Assembly (NCBI GenBank): GCA_043228905.1
Contig: JBHGNT010000007.1
Coordinates: 22,196,001 to 22,260,000 of the forward strand
Reading direction: 5' to 3'
Source of the DNA: Azolla caroliniana
Taxonomy: Eukaryota; Plantae; Polypodiophyta
Length of the DNA: 64,000 nt
Positions within the stretch are counted from its first letter, which is position 1, and every line of letters starts with the position of its first letter. Under the pieces are notes generated by a model. That model had not been told where the DNA came from. It saw only the letters and a list, made by a program, of their open reading frames with translations, and did not search any database. This document shows, piece by piece, positions 10,942-21,800 of this stretch. Both the position numbers and the translations under genes were made by a program.

Positions 10942-12022
10942 GTGTGTAGTCCTTTTAGATGGAACAAGCCAAATCGAAGCTTGCATCAATGGAGATAAAG
11001 AGTGCGAGGCTAGTGTAATTGATGATCTAGCCGCGAAAAACGATATCGAGTTGGAGATGGCTATGAACGAGTCGATGGCGGATGGTCATGTGGAGACTTT
11101 CCCAACACTTCATCTAGAGACTTGGGCAGTTGCGTCCGAGAACCAACGTGAGACCCAAGAGACGGATGGTGGCGAAAAGGAAGAGAAGGACCAAGATAAT
11201 ACCGTCAATAACGACGACCAAATTTTCTCCACATTTGTTCTAGAGACTTGGGCAATTGTGTCCGAGAACCAATGTAAGACCCAAGAGACGGAAGGTGGCG
11301 GCTGGAAATTGAAGGACCGAAACAACGATGAGGAAGATGGCCACAGACAAAGGAATCCCTCCACACCGGTTCTAGAGACTTCGACAGTTGTGCCCGAGAG
11401 TGAACATAAGACTGGAGAGATGGAAGGTGGCGGCGAGGAGATGAGGGTCGAAGCCAGCGCATACGGAGGAACGATGGCCAAAAAGGACGCCAAAAACAAA
11501 GCTACAATAGAGTTCGATGAAGAGCCAGATAGCGGCAAGAAAGGAAGAACCATAATACAATCTGGATGGAAGATGACGCGGTTGGTATTCCGACCCGAAC
11601 GGAAGCCGACCCCAACGAGAGTTGATCAACCGAGGCCAACCCAACCGAAAACCATATGTAAACTGACCCGAACGAAAGTCGATCATCTGAGTCCGATTCG
11701 GCCGAATGTGAATACGGACGAAGGTCGACCAAGCCAGAAGCTAATTGGTCGAAACAGACAAAAGATGAACCGGCCTAGACGGAGGTCGAAGCATAAGAGC
11801 CACAACACTCGGTCGAGGCTAGTGAGCATAAGGAAAGGCAAGCATGAGACGAGAACTGATGATAAAGGAAAGTTAGATGACCAAGGAGATGGCCGAGATG
11901 AAGGTGGAACATTCATGAGACTTAAACGATTATCCTCAAGAAGAGAGCAAGGGGCCATGACAACAAGTCATGGTAAAGCAAAGAAAAAACGAATGATATG
12001 GTGGATTGGATGGCAACAATGA
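10901..12022 (+). CDS. Element-borne ORF of unknown function (acidic repeats then basic tail)
   Basis: 373-codon open frame inside the non-autonomous Gypsy; three ~42-aa repeats (LETWAV/IxSENQxxTQETxGG); no pol motifs. Confidence 0.45.
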   Translation: MILDSIVAERCFQECVVLLDGTSQIEACINGDKECEASVIDDLAAKNDIELEMAMNESMADGHVETFPTLHLETWAVASENQRETQETDGGEKEEKDQDNTVNNDDQIFSTFVLETWAIVSENQCKTQETEGGGWKLKDRNNDEEDGHRQRNPSTPVLETSTVVPESEHKTGEMEGGGEEMRVEASAYGGTMAKKDAKNKATIEFDEEPDSGKKGRTIIQSGWKMTRLVFRPERKPTPTRVDQPRPTQPKTICKLTRTKVDHLSPIRPNVNTDEGRPSQKLIGRNRQKMNRPRRRSKHKSHNTRSRLVSIRKGKHETRTDDKGKLDDQGDGRDEGGTFMRLKRLSSRREQGAMTTSHGKAKKKRMIWWIGWQQ

Positions 12023-14832
12023 TTCCAATACAAAGAAATAGACATGCTCGACGTTGAGGAGTCATGCTGATCACCATTGCCGAAATGTCACATTCTCTCT
12101 TCTTGGCACGTACCGAAGGACGTGCGGTTTGGTGGGGGTGGATGTCGTGAAGATTTTCGGCAATGGTGTGAAAATCGCATAAAACATACGAAATCGAGTA
12201 TAAATCATATAAAACAATAATAGTGAAAATACTATTTTAAATATGTTTAATATCTTAGTACAAAAATATGGAGTTCTTCAAGAGCTTTCAAATGTGCTTT
12301 ACCACATAAAAAAACGGACATCTAAGTGACAAGTTATGTGGGAGTGAAGTATAAGAAGGAAGAAGAGAAAAATAAAACTGTGAGATATCCCACATAGACA
12401 GGAAATAAGGTTCTCACCATATATAAGGTAGAGCAAAAGCAATTATCTTTGTGTCTATATGTGGAGCATAGAGAGTTCAAGGTGACTTGAACTAAGCTAT
12501 TGGATGATTGGGTGTGGCCTAGCCAACCAAAACCGGACCGACAACCGGATACATATACATATATATATATACACAAGGAGTGCAAGTGTGGATTTGAACC
12601 TTGCACCTCCAAGTTGAGAGTCTATAGGCTTACCACTAAGCCAAAACATTATCTTAAAATAATATTTTTATCATTGTAACTTTACATGTAAATTCTCATA
12701 CATGAGAGCTAAAATGAGTGACGTGGTTATCATGCACCACATGTAATACATGAGTGCCAAATGGCAAACATCCATTTTATGCATGTCGTGAACGCTCAAA
12801 TGCATGAGGGCATCTATAAAAGAGGGGATGAAAAAGACAAAAGGGGGATTTTGGTAATGTAAAAATTCTTATCAAGAGCTTTGTACTTTAAATCAAAATT
12901 AATATTAAGAAGAAAATTCGTGATCCTTTTGATGATATACCTTGTTCTCTCAATCTTAAATCAAGCGTTCTATCTTATCTCAATTTCTCTCTATCTGTCA
13001 ATCTATCTTAATTCCTTTCTCGCCAAACCTAGCGTAAACTTCGAATCCTTCCGGTTCAGAACCCCGACGGTTCTGCCTCATGATCCGCGAGTAGTGACAG
13101 ATCTTCACGATAGCGTATGTATACCCTTCGAGTCAAATCGTCTTGGCCAATTTGTAGAGGATGCCCAAATCCATCATCCCACTTACATACGTTAGTACTC
13201 GCTTAGCGCAGTCCAGATGAATGTCATGAGGTGTCTACATAAACTAGCTAAGGGGGACGATCGGATAACTAAGGTTAGGTTGGGTTGGGTAATGGTGAAG
13301 TAGATTAAGCTTACGACTAGCTGTCGATAGTGAGTCGGCTCACATTCTTTTGTACCGGAATCAACATCTAGGTTCATGTTTCGATCGAGATGGGTAACGA
13401 TAGATTTGTACTCGGTCATCCCGAACTTACACAAGAAGTTGAGGATGTAGTGCTGCTGAAATATCATAATTCCGGCTTGGATCCAAATTACTTCTATACC
13501 TAGAAAGTAATGGTCCAACTCATTCACGTCCTTCATTTCGAATCAACCATAGAGGAGTTTCTTGATATGGTCAATATTTGCCATGTGCTCTCCTCCAATG
13601 ACCAAGTTGTCAACCTATATTATGATAAATAGTTGTCCTCTAGAGTCGCTCCGGATGAACAAATAATTGTCAAACTTGGACATATTGAAACCGATTCGGT
13701 AAAGATATTGGGTTATCTTCAAATACCATGCACAAGGTGCTTGCTTAAGGTTGTAGAGCGGATTCTTTACTCGACAGACTGTTGTTGGGTGTGTCCTTGA
13801 CTTGAAGCCAGGTGGTCGTACCAATTACACCTCCTCATCTTATTTGCCTTGGAGAAAGGTGTTCTTTACATCCATTTGGTGGAGGTGCCACCCTTTGGGT
13901 ACTACAAGCGATATCACAGTCTGAATGGTTGTCATCTTTGCCACCGGGTCAAAGGTCTCTTCATAATAGACCCCGTTGTCGTGAAGATCCGTCACTACGC
14001 GCGGATCGCGAGGCGGAACCGCCGGGGTTCTGGACCAGAAGGATTTACAGTCGATACAAGCTTTGGCGAGAAAGTACTTAAGATAGATTGGGAAAGAGAG
14101 AAGTTGAGATTACACGATCAATTTGATAACGAATTTCTTCCTCTTAATTTTCATAAAAAAAAACCGTGTTTTTTCTCCTCCCCCTTCCCTCTTTTATAGA
14201 TGCTCTCATGCATATGATGCATGTGAGGGTACAAGACATGCATAAATTGCATGTTTGCCATTTGGCACTTAAGTATTACATGTGGTGCATGCTAACCATG
14301 TCACTCATTTTAGCTCTCATGTATGAGAATTTACATGTAAAAGTACAATGATAGAAATATAATTTCAACTAAATAGCATGGCTTAATGGTAAGCCAATTG
14401 ACTCCTAACTTGGAGGTGCAACGTTTGAATCCATACTTGCCCTCCTTGTATATGTAAATATGTATATATATTTATATATTTATTTTATCTAGTCGCCGGT
14501 TCGCCGGATACCGGTGCCTCGCCGGATGCCGCCGCCGGATACCGGTGCCGTCGGGTTGCGGTCGGATGCCGTCGGATCACCGGCTCCATCGCCGATCCGG
14601 TTTTGGTTGGCCAAAACCCTTTTCGAGTAGCTAGCCACCTCCACTCTTAATTCAAGTTACCTTGAACTCTCTATGCTCCACACATAGACACAAAGATAAT
14701 ATCTTTTGCTCCACCTTATATATGATGAGAGCCGTATTTGTCGTGCCTATGTGGGATATCTCACAATTTTCTCTTTTCTTTTCACAAACTTTATACCCTC
14801 ATATCTTGAAATTTAGATTTCGGCTACGATGT

Positions 14833-16071
14833 TCAATTAGATTCCTCCATGTCTTCATTTTCATCCGGCCTATTATGTTCATCGTCGAGGTAATCGAGGT
14901 CAGGATCCTTGTCTTGTCTTTTCTTGAAAAGCTTTACTCTTTTTCCTGCAATGGGTACGGCCAACCTTGATCCGTCTAGTTCCGCAAGGTGGTATGTGGC
15001 ATTATCGTTGGCACTTGTCACCACATACGGCCCGAACCATCTTCTTGCGAACTTCCTTGTTGTACTATGTTGATTGTCAAGGGTGTTGTCGTAAACCAAA
15101 ACCCAATCCCCTTCTTCAATCTTCTTGGGACGAAGTCGATGCGTGTTGTTGAACCGAACTTTGTTCTTTACTCGGGCTGCCTTCATCATCTTTCGCGCTT
15201 TTTCTAAATCTTCAGGTCTTCTTTCAAGTTGCCTTATCCGCGCCGCTAATAACTCTTCTCGGCTCATCTCGTTCTCCCACGGTATCGCTACCCATGAGGC
15301 GATCGTCCTTTCGATGGGCATAATCGGCTTTTTTCCATACATAAGCTCCGTCGGCATATACCCTGTCACCGAGCTATGTGTCGTTCTATCAGTCCACAAG
15401 GCATAGGGTAATAGTCGTGGCCAATTCTCGACTCGACCGTTGCATGCACGTACGATGGCTTTAACGATAGGTCCATGCCCTCGCTCGATCTTCCCATTTG
15501 CTTCCGGATTGTAGGCAGTCGTGAGGGAGAGCTTCACGCCTAGTCTTTCGAAGAGCTCCGTCGCTTCGTGCGCGTCCAACTCCCCTCGGTCGGCCACTAT
15601 CTTCCCTACACATCCACATCGGCAAACAACATCTTCAAGTAAAAATTTACAAACGGCTGAAGTCGTCTTATTTGTCAAGGCTCGTCCTTCCACTTGATTT
15701 GTCAAGTCTTCCCTTGCGAGCACTAAGTACTTCATTTGTCCCACTCCCATTGGCATCGAGACCAGATCCACCATCCATTTGAAGTGAATGGTGAGTGGGT
15801 ATGTCGGCTTTAACTCATTACGATGACGTATATTTGAATATATTTGGCAAGTTTCACATGTGGACACGAAATGGAGTACATCTTTGTACATGCTTGGCCA
15901 CCAGTACTTCTCCTTCAATTTTTCGAACGTCGCCCATGTTCCTCTATGACCTGCCCAAGCACTCTCGTGGAATTCGGTCATCAGCGTCTCTTGCTCTTCT
16001 TTCTTTACCACCACTCGACGTGGTATTCCTGTCCTTCTTTTTGGATGTCGCCAAAGGAATCCTCCCTTCAA
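14833..16071 (-). CDS. pol: Gypsy integrase (pol C-terminus)
   Basis: HHCC zinc finger (H..AWAGH..C..C), DDE core (MVD..VADRGE..NPEANGKIER), GPY motif; no chromodomain. Confidence 0.88.
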   Translation of the reverse strand: MKGGFLWRHPKRRTGIPRRVVVKKEEQETLMTEFHESAWAGHRGTWATFEKLKEKYWWPSMYKDVLHFVSTCETCQIYSNIRHRNELKPTYPLTIHFKWMVDLVSMPMGVGQMKYLVLAREDLTNQVEGRALTNKTTSAVCKFLLEDVVCRCGCVGKIVADRGELDAHEATELFERLGVKLSLTTAYNPEANGKIERGHGPIVKAIVRACNGRVENWPRLLPYALWTDRTTHSSVTGYMPTELMYGKKPIMPIERTIASWVAIPWENEMSREELLAARIRQLERRPEDLEKARKMMKAARVKNKVRFNNTHRLRPKKIEEGDWVLVYDNTLDNQHSTTRKFARRWFGPYVVTSANDNATYHLAELDGSRLAVPIAGKRVKLFKKRQDKDPDLDYLDDEHNRPDENEDMEESN

Positions 16072-16077
16072 GAAGTA

Positions 16078-17880
16078 TCAGTAAGCTTTCTTTCGGATTC
16101 GTAGGGCCTCCTCCTTTGTCAACGAAGCATCTGTCGTCAATGTTCTTAGGAATCTACCGATGAGTAACCATTCTCCTTTGTACTCGTTCTCGTTGAAGGC
16201 GTGGAGGGTTTGCGTGTCCTGGTCTTCCGCCGACAATCGAGCCATCTTGAAGAAGTCGAGGGCGACATCTTCATCTTCCGAAACCATGTTACTTCCATTT
16301 GAAAATCTTGCCCTCGACAGCATGGCCTTCCTTAGTGCCGGAGCTTCAAGAAGCAGTTTCTTTAATCTTTGCATCGCCTCTGTGTGCTCTTCTCGCCATT
16401 CGAACTTTATTCTTTTCTTTAGTAGTCCATATAACGGTTCAGCGACATGAGCGTAGTGAGGAATCCATATATGATAAAACGCGCACGCTCCAAGGAACCT
16501 TCGAACCTCCGTTTGGTTTTCGCATTCTTCTTTCATGTCTTGGATTGCGTTCACTTTGGATGGCGAGGGCTTCCGGCCGTATGCTCCACACAAGTGACCT
16601 ACCACCAAGATCTCCGGTTGCCCGAATGCGGATTTTTCTCCCGAAAATGTCAAATTCGCATCTTCGAGCCTTTGAAGCACCTTCTCGCAATCTTTCATAT
16701 GATCCGCAACGAACTTTCTACAACCTTCCTTATCTTTCGATTCATCTTTCTCCTCATCCGAACATCCTTTTATCGGAATATCATCCAAGAATGGCATCGT
16801 GATGTCCGGAATGCAATCCTTCAAGACTTTATTCATGGCATTCACCATATGAGCCACCGAGTTCGTTGCGCCTTGGGGTAAGGTACACATCCGCACAAGC
16901 CCGATCGGAGTCCTCATGGTTGTAATGTCCCGACTGTCGATCGCCAATTGGAATTGGTCATATCCGGAGTAGAGATCGCCAATGGAGTAGATGGACCGGC
17001 CCGCAAATGCTTCGGCAAATTCGTCCACGCTCAGACCGATTCCGGCATTTCGAATTGTCACCTTGTTGACGGGTTGAAGATCTTGGATGAATCGCAATGA
17101 TCCATTCTTCTTCGGCACCGTGAACCACCTATTGGAATAAGGAGCATTCGACGGTTCTAGAATTCCCATACTCACCTTCTCCTTTAAGAGCTCGATCAGC
17201 TTCGGAAGGTGTGCTCTCGGAACCGGTATCGGTTTCAAATTCCAAGGCACATGAGGCACCGTGAAGATCACCATTGGCTCTATAACCTTTGGGTCGGCGC
17301 ATCCGATTTCTCATGGGAAGAATGCGAAAGCCTTCCCATGTCTCTCAAGCAGATCGCAAAACATTCGCTCCTCTTCAGGGAGAAGGAAATCCTCCTTTCC
17401 AACTCGTAGCTTCCCCTTCGTCTCTTTGGTGAAGTCATGACCTATCTTCTTCGGATCTCTTAAGCTTGGATCGTTAGCGACTTCCTTCATCTTTTGCCAG
17501 CTATCTTCTGGTAGCGGAACCGCAACTGGCTTGATCTTCTTATCCATCGTTTTATATTTCGTGTTGATGTCAGCTTCCTTCATCGAGATGCCACGACGGT
17601 ATTCATCGATGATAGCGTACATGTTGACGGAGTTAACCGAAATCACACGTTGGTTGTGAAGATAGCTCAAGTTCACGACGTCCTCGATTTCGCCGATGGT
17701 GTCGTAAAATGAGGCTTCTTCCATAATATGAGTCACGAACTCTCCTTCTTCTATTATATTCTCTTCTTTCAGCATCTTCTCGAATTCTTGTATCCGGCGC
17801 TTGTGCTTCTTGTCGGGTAGTACTAGTTTACATGCGCCACTAGGTGTGACACATGTTGCTTCTCCTTGCAATCCACGCAC
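16078..17880 (-). pseudogene. pol: Gypsy reverse transcriptase region, disrupted, RNase H apparently deleted
   Basis: LRFIQDLQPVN, DLYSGYDQF, LPQGATNS, FLDD; stop near 17311; APALRKA joined directly to MLSRAR. Confidence 0.85.
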
Positions 17881-17945
17881 TCTTCTTTCTTGTGGGGTCT
17901 TGTGATTGCTCGGACTATTTGTGCCCCATGCTTCAATAGTCCGCT

Positions 17946-18870
17946 CTAAAAATCCGAGGATTCGCCTCCGAGACTATCTCGATTCCTTTCATGATTGGCT
18001 CGCACCATTAGGAATTGAACCGATCTTTGGTTGTCAAGACTCTTTATTCGTGCGAAGGCTGCTCCATTATCGAACACTTTGGTCTCCATCCGAGATGATG
18101 TGATATAAGGTTGCCCTAGGATGACAGGATGCGACGCCGATTCTTGTACGAAGAAGTGTTGATCCATCTCCACATCCCCGATCGTGACTTTGACATTGGG
18201 ACAAGCTCCGTACAAGTCCTCCGTAGACTTTGTTGCCGCGCGAATCTTCCATCCGTGGTTTGTATTGATTGGCCATCTTCCCTTTTTGTAGAAGTCAGTT
18301 GACATGAGGTTGATCTCCGAGCCGTGGTCGATCAAGGCTACCACGGTCTCTTTCTTCTCCCCGATCTTCACCGGCGTCTCCGTTGTCGCTCGTGCCCAAT
18401 GAGGTCGAGTGTAGTGGCTGTCCACCATATCTTCATCGATTTTGTCTCTTGCCATCGTTATGGCATTCGTTTTTGCTTTTTGCGGCTTCTCTTCTTCCTC
18501 GTTCGATTGTTGTCTCTTTCTCTTTACAAGGTCCACGATCGTGTCGTGGAACTCCTTCTTCGTAATGCCAAGCAATTCCCTCAAGGACAAAGTTACGTGG
18601 CTATCAAGAACTCGTTCTTCGAGAATCTTCTTTAGGTCCGTCGTCTGCTCTATGTCCGACCTTAGCTTATAGGTAGGTATAGTCCTTGTCCTCCGAGTGG
18701 GGACTTCGACACCAACCTTCACGGGCCGAACCGTTTCTTCAACTCGTATGCTTGGCTCCCCTTTTCGGCTTGATTCTCGTTCCTCCTTTTGTAAAGGTCG
18801 ACTCGTCTCCGCATCGTCCTTCTTTTTCGCGTTCCTTGTTTCATGTCTTTTTGATGGCCCTTGCTCTTCT
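17946..18870 (-). pseudogene. Gypsy gag C-terminus and aspartic protease, separated from the gag N-terminus by the Copia insertion
   Basis: ALIDHGSEINLMS protease motif and VILGQPY; the listed ORF N-terminus (18876-18950) derives from the inserted LTR. Confidence 0.8.
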
Positions 18871-18875
18871 ATTCT

Positions 18876-21800
18876 TGTTGAACACCGCACTCGGCCACAA
18901 CCGAGAAATAGGATCAAATCACAGAAAACAGGAAATACGAAATGCTCCAAGACAATAGAGAGAAGAGTACACAGTATGTTTTACGTGGAAAACCCTAAAT
19001 GGGAAAAACCACGTGAGTCCTCAAACTCCAACTCACACTATACACAGAGATGTACAATGGTGAAGCTACAAGGCAACAACCTTGAGCTCACTGTCTTCGC
19101 CACAGGCGGCGGCAATACACAGAGGCAACGACCTCTTCGTCTCTCTCTCTCTCTCTCTCTCTCACGGCTGCTCTTGCTTCGCATGAAAAATAAGCAGCAA
19201 CATAAACTGTTTGCCCTAAGTCATATTTATACACATATGACTTTCGGGCTATTTACAAATATAGCCTCAAGGGCCCTTGGCAAACATATTCACAAATATG
19301 TCCCCGCATCCGGATCTCTCTCCGTGTACATTCGTCATCCGGCTCCGTAGTCGGGGTCTTCAGCATCCGGTTCCGTAACCGGGGTCTTCATCATCCGTAT
19401 CCGTATCCGGGTACTCTTCATCATCCGGATCCGCATCCGGGTACACTTCATCCGGCTTCATGCCGGGTACTCTTCATCATCCGGTTCCGTAACCGCAACC
19501 GGGCTTGCCGTCATTCATCTCCGGACATCCCATCCGGAGGGACCGAAATCCCAACAAACTCCCCCTTCACTTCGGCATGGGATGTCTCTCCAATCCGATC
19601 CTCTTCCGGCATGCTTCCAGCTTGTCGGGTGTGAGCACCTTGGTCAGCATATCCGACCCGTTCTCGTTCGTGTGGATCTTCGTCAGCACGAACTCCTTGT
19701 CTTCTATCCTTTCCCGGATCCAGTGGTATCTACGCTGGATGTGTTTCGTCCGGGAATGGTAGGCTGCGTTCTTCGCAAGGTGGATGGCACTCTGACTGTC
19801 GCAGTAGAGTCGGTACTCCTCCTGCCGGATACCGAGCTCTCTAATGAAGTCCTTCATCCATATTATTTCCTTGCCGGCTTCAACAGCCGCCATGTACTCC
19901 GCCTCCGTGGTTGACAACGCAACCGTCTTCTGCAGCCTCGACTGCCACGAAACAGCTCCCCCTGCATACGTCATCACATACCCTGATGTGGACCGGCTGG
20001 TATCTGCATCAGCCGACATATCCGAATCGGTAAAGCCGTCGAGTTCGGGCTTACCGGAGCCGAATCGGAGGCACACGTTTCCCGTGCCCTTCAGGTATCG
20101 GAGTATCCACTTGACCGCGTTCCAGTGCTCTTTGCCGGGATTGCTCATGTACCGGCTCACCACTCCGACTGCATATCCTATGTCCGGTCTCGTACACACC
20201 ATGGCGTACATCAAGCTTCTGACGGCAGAGGCATATGGTACTTTCATCATGTCCTCCTTCTCAGCCTTTGTCTTGGGGCTTTGCTTGCTGGACAACTTGC
20301 AGTTTGCCGGGAGGGTCGATCCGACCGGTCTTGCTTCCGACATGTTGAACCGTTGAAGCACCTTTGTCACGTACTTCTCCTGTGACAGCCACAACTGCTT
20401 CTTCTTCCGGTCCCGGATGATGTGCATCCCTAGTATTTGCCTCGCCGGACCCAGGTCTTTCATTGAGAAGGTTCGGTGAAGAGCCTTCTTCAGCATCCGT
20501 ATCTTGACCTGGTCCCGTCCGACGATCAACATGTCGTCCACGTACAGGAGGAGTATTAGAAAGTCTCCTCCTTCGAACTTCTTCACAAACACGCAGTGGT
20601 CGGACTGCGTTTTGAGGTACCCTTCGTCGGTCATGAAGGAGTCGAACTTCCGGTACCATTGCCGGGGAGCCTGCTTCAGTCCGTAAAGGCTCTTCTTCAA
20701 CCGGCATACCAGGTGCTCCTTCCCTTTCTTCTCGAATCCTTCCGGTTGCTGCATGTAGATCTCTTCTTCGAGGTCACCATGAAGGAATGCCGTCTTCACG
20801 TCCATATGTTCTACCTCGAGGTCCATGCTTGCCGCTATGCTCAGCACCGTCCGGATGGAGGTCATCTTCACTACCGGGGCAAATATCTCGTCGAAGTCGA
20901 CGCCCTTCTTCTGCTGAAACCCCTTCACCACAATCCTGGCTTTGTATCTCGGGGGGTTTCCGGCATCTCCCGGTTTCAGCTTGAACACCCACTTGTTTCG
21001 AAGTGCCCGCTTTCCTTTCGGCAACTCCACAAGTTCATATGTGTGGTTCTCATGCAGGGAATCCATCTCGTCCTGCATGGCACTCAACCACCTACGGCTC
21101 TGGGTGTCGTGCTTTGCTTCTTCAAAGCTCTCCGGCTCCCCTTCGTCGGTTAGCAGCACGTGCTCTGGTTCCGGAAATCTCCGGGGGGCCCTTCTCTCTC
21201 TTAGAGGATATCTCCGTTCCGGAGCTTCGGTAACCGGTTCTTCCGATTCTTCTTCATCCGAATCCATTTCGGGATCGGGGCCGGTTCCGGTATCGTTTTC
21301 ATCTTCTTCGGCCGGTTCCGTTTCTTCACCGTCTTCGGCCGGATCCTCGAGTGCTAACCGGTCCCTTGCCGGTCGGGACTGCTCCTCGTAGAGTTGATCC
21401 TCACCGGTCGACTTGGAGCTCTTCATCTTCTTCTCCGACTCCCAGTCGGCGAGCGTCTTGTCCTCCATGAAGATGATGTCTCGACTCCTGAATATCTTCT
21501 TGTCGACCGGGTCCCATACTCGGTAGCCGAACTCGTCGTCGCCGTAACCGAGGAATATGCATGGCCGGGTCTTTGGATCTAGCTTTCCTCTCCGGTCCTT
21601 TGCCACATGCACGTATGCGAGACACCCGAACACCTTCAGATGCCGGTAGGATACTTCCTTACCGGTCCACACTCTCTGCGGCGTGTCTCCGTCCAAAGGT
21701 ACTGAGGGTGATCTATTTATCACATATGTCGCCGTCGACATTGCCTCAGCCCAAAATCCCTTGGGTAATTTCGCATGCGCCAGCATACTCCGGACCCTCT

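Larger units (their letters stand above)
8427..13112 (+). mobile_element. Non-autonomous Ty3/Gypsy element (tRNA-Trp PBS; gag remnant plus unknown ORF, no pol)
   Basis: Near-identical ~970-bp LTRs 8427-9396 and 12143-13112 (TGTCGTGAAG...CTTCACGA[C/T]A); 4-bp TSD GCGT; PBS TGGTGAACCCGACGTGA; PPT GGTGGGGGTGGA; interrupts the host Copia GYTxADWAG motif. Confidence 0.9.

Noticed and set aside
10901-12022. env-like gene
   Set aside because: No signal peptide or transmembrane segment; the protein is hydrophilic throughout.
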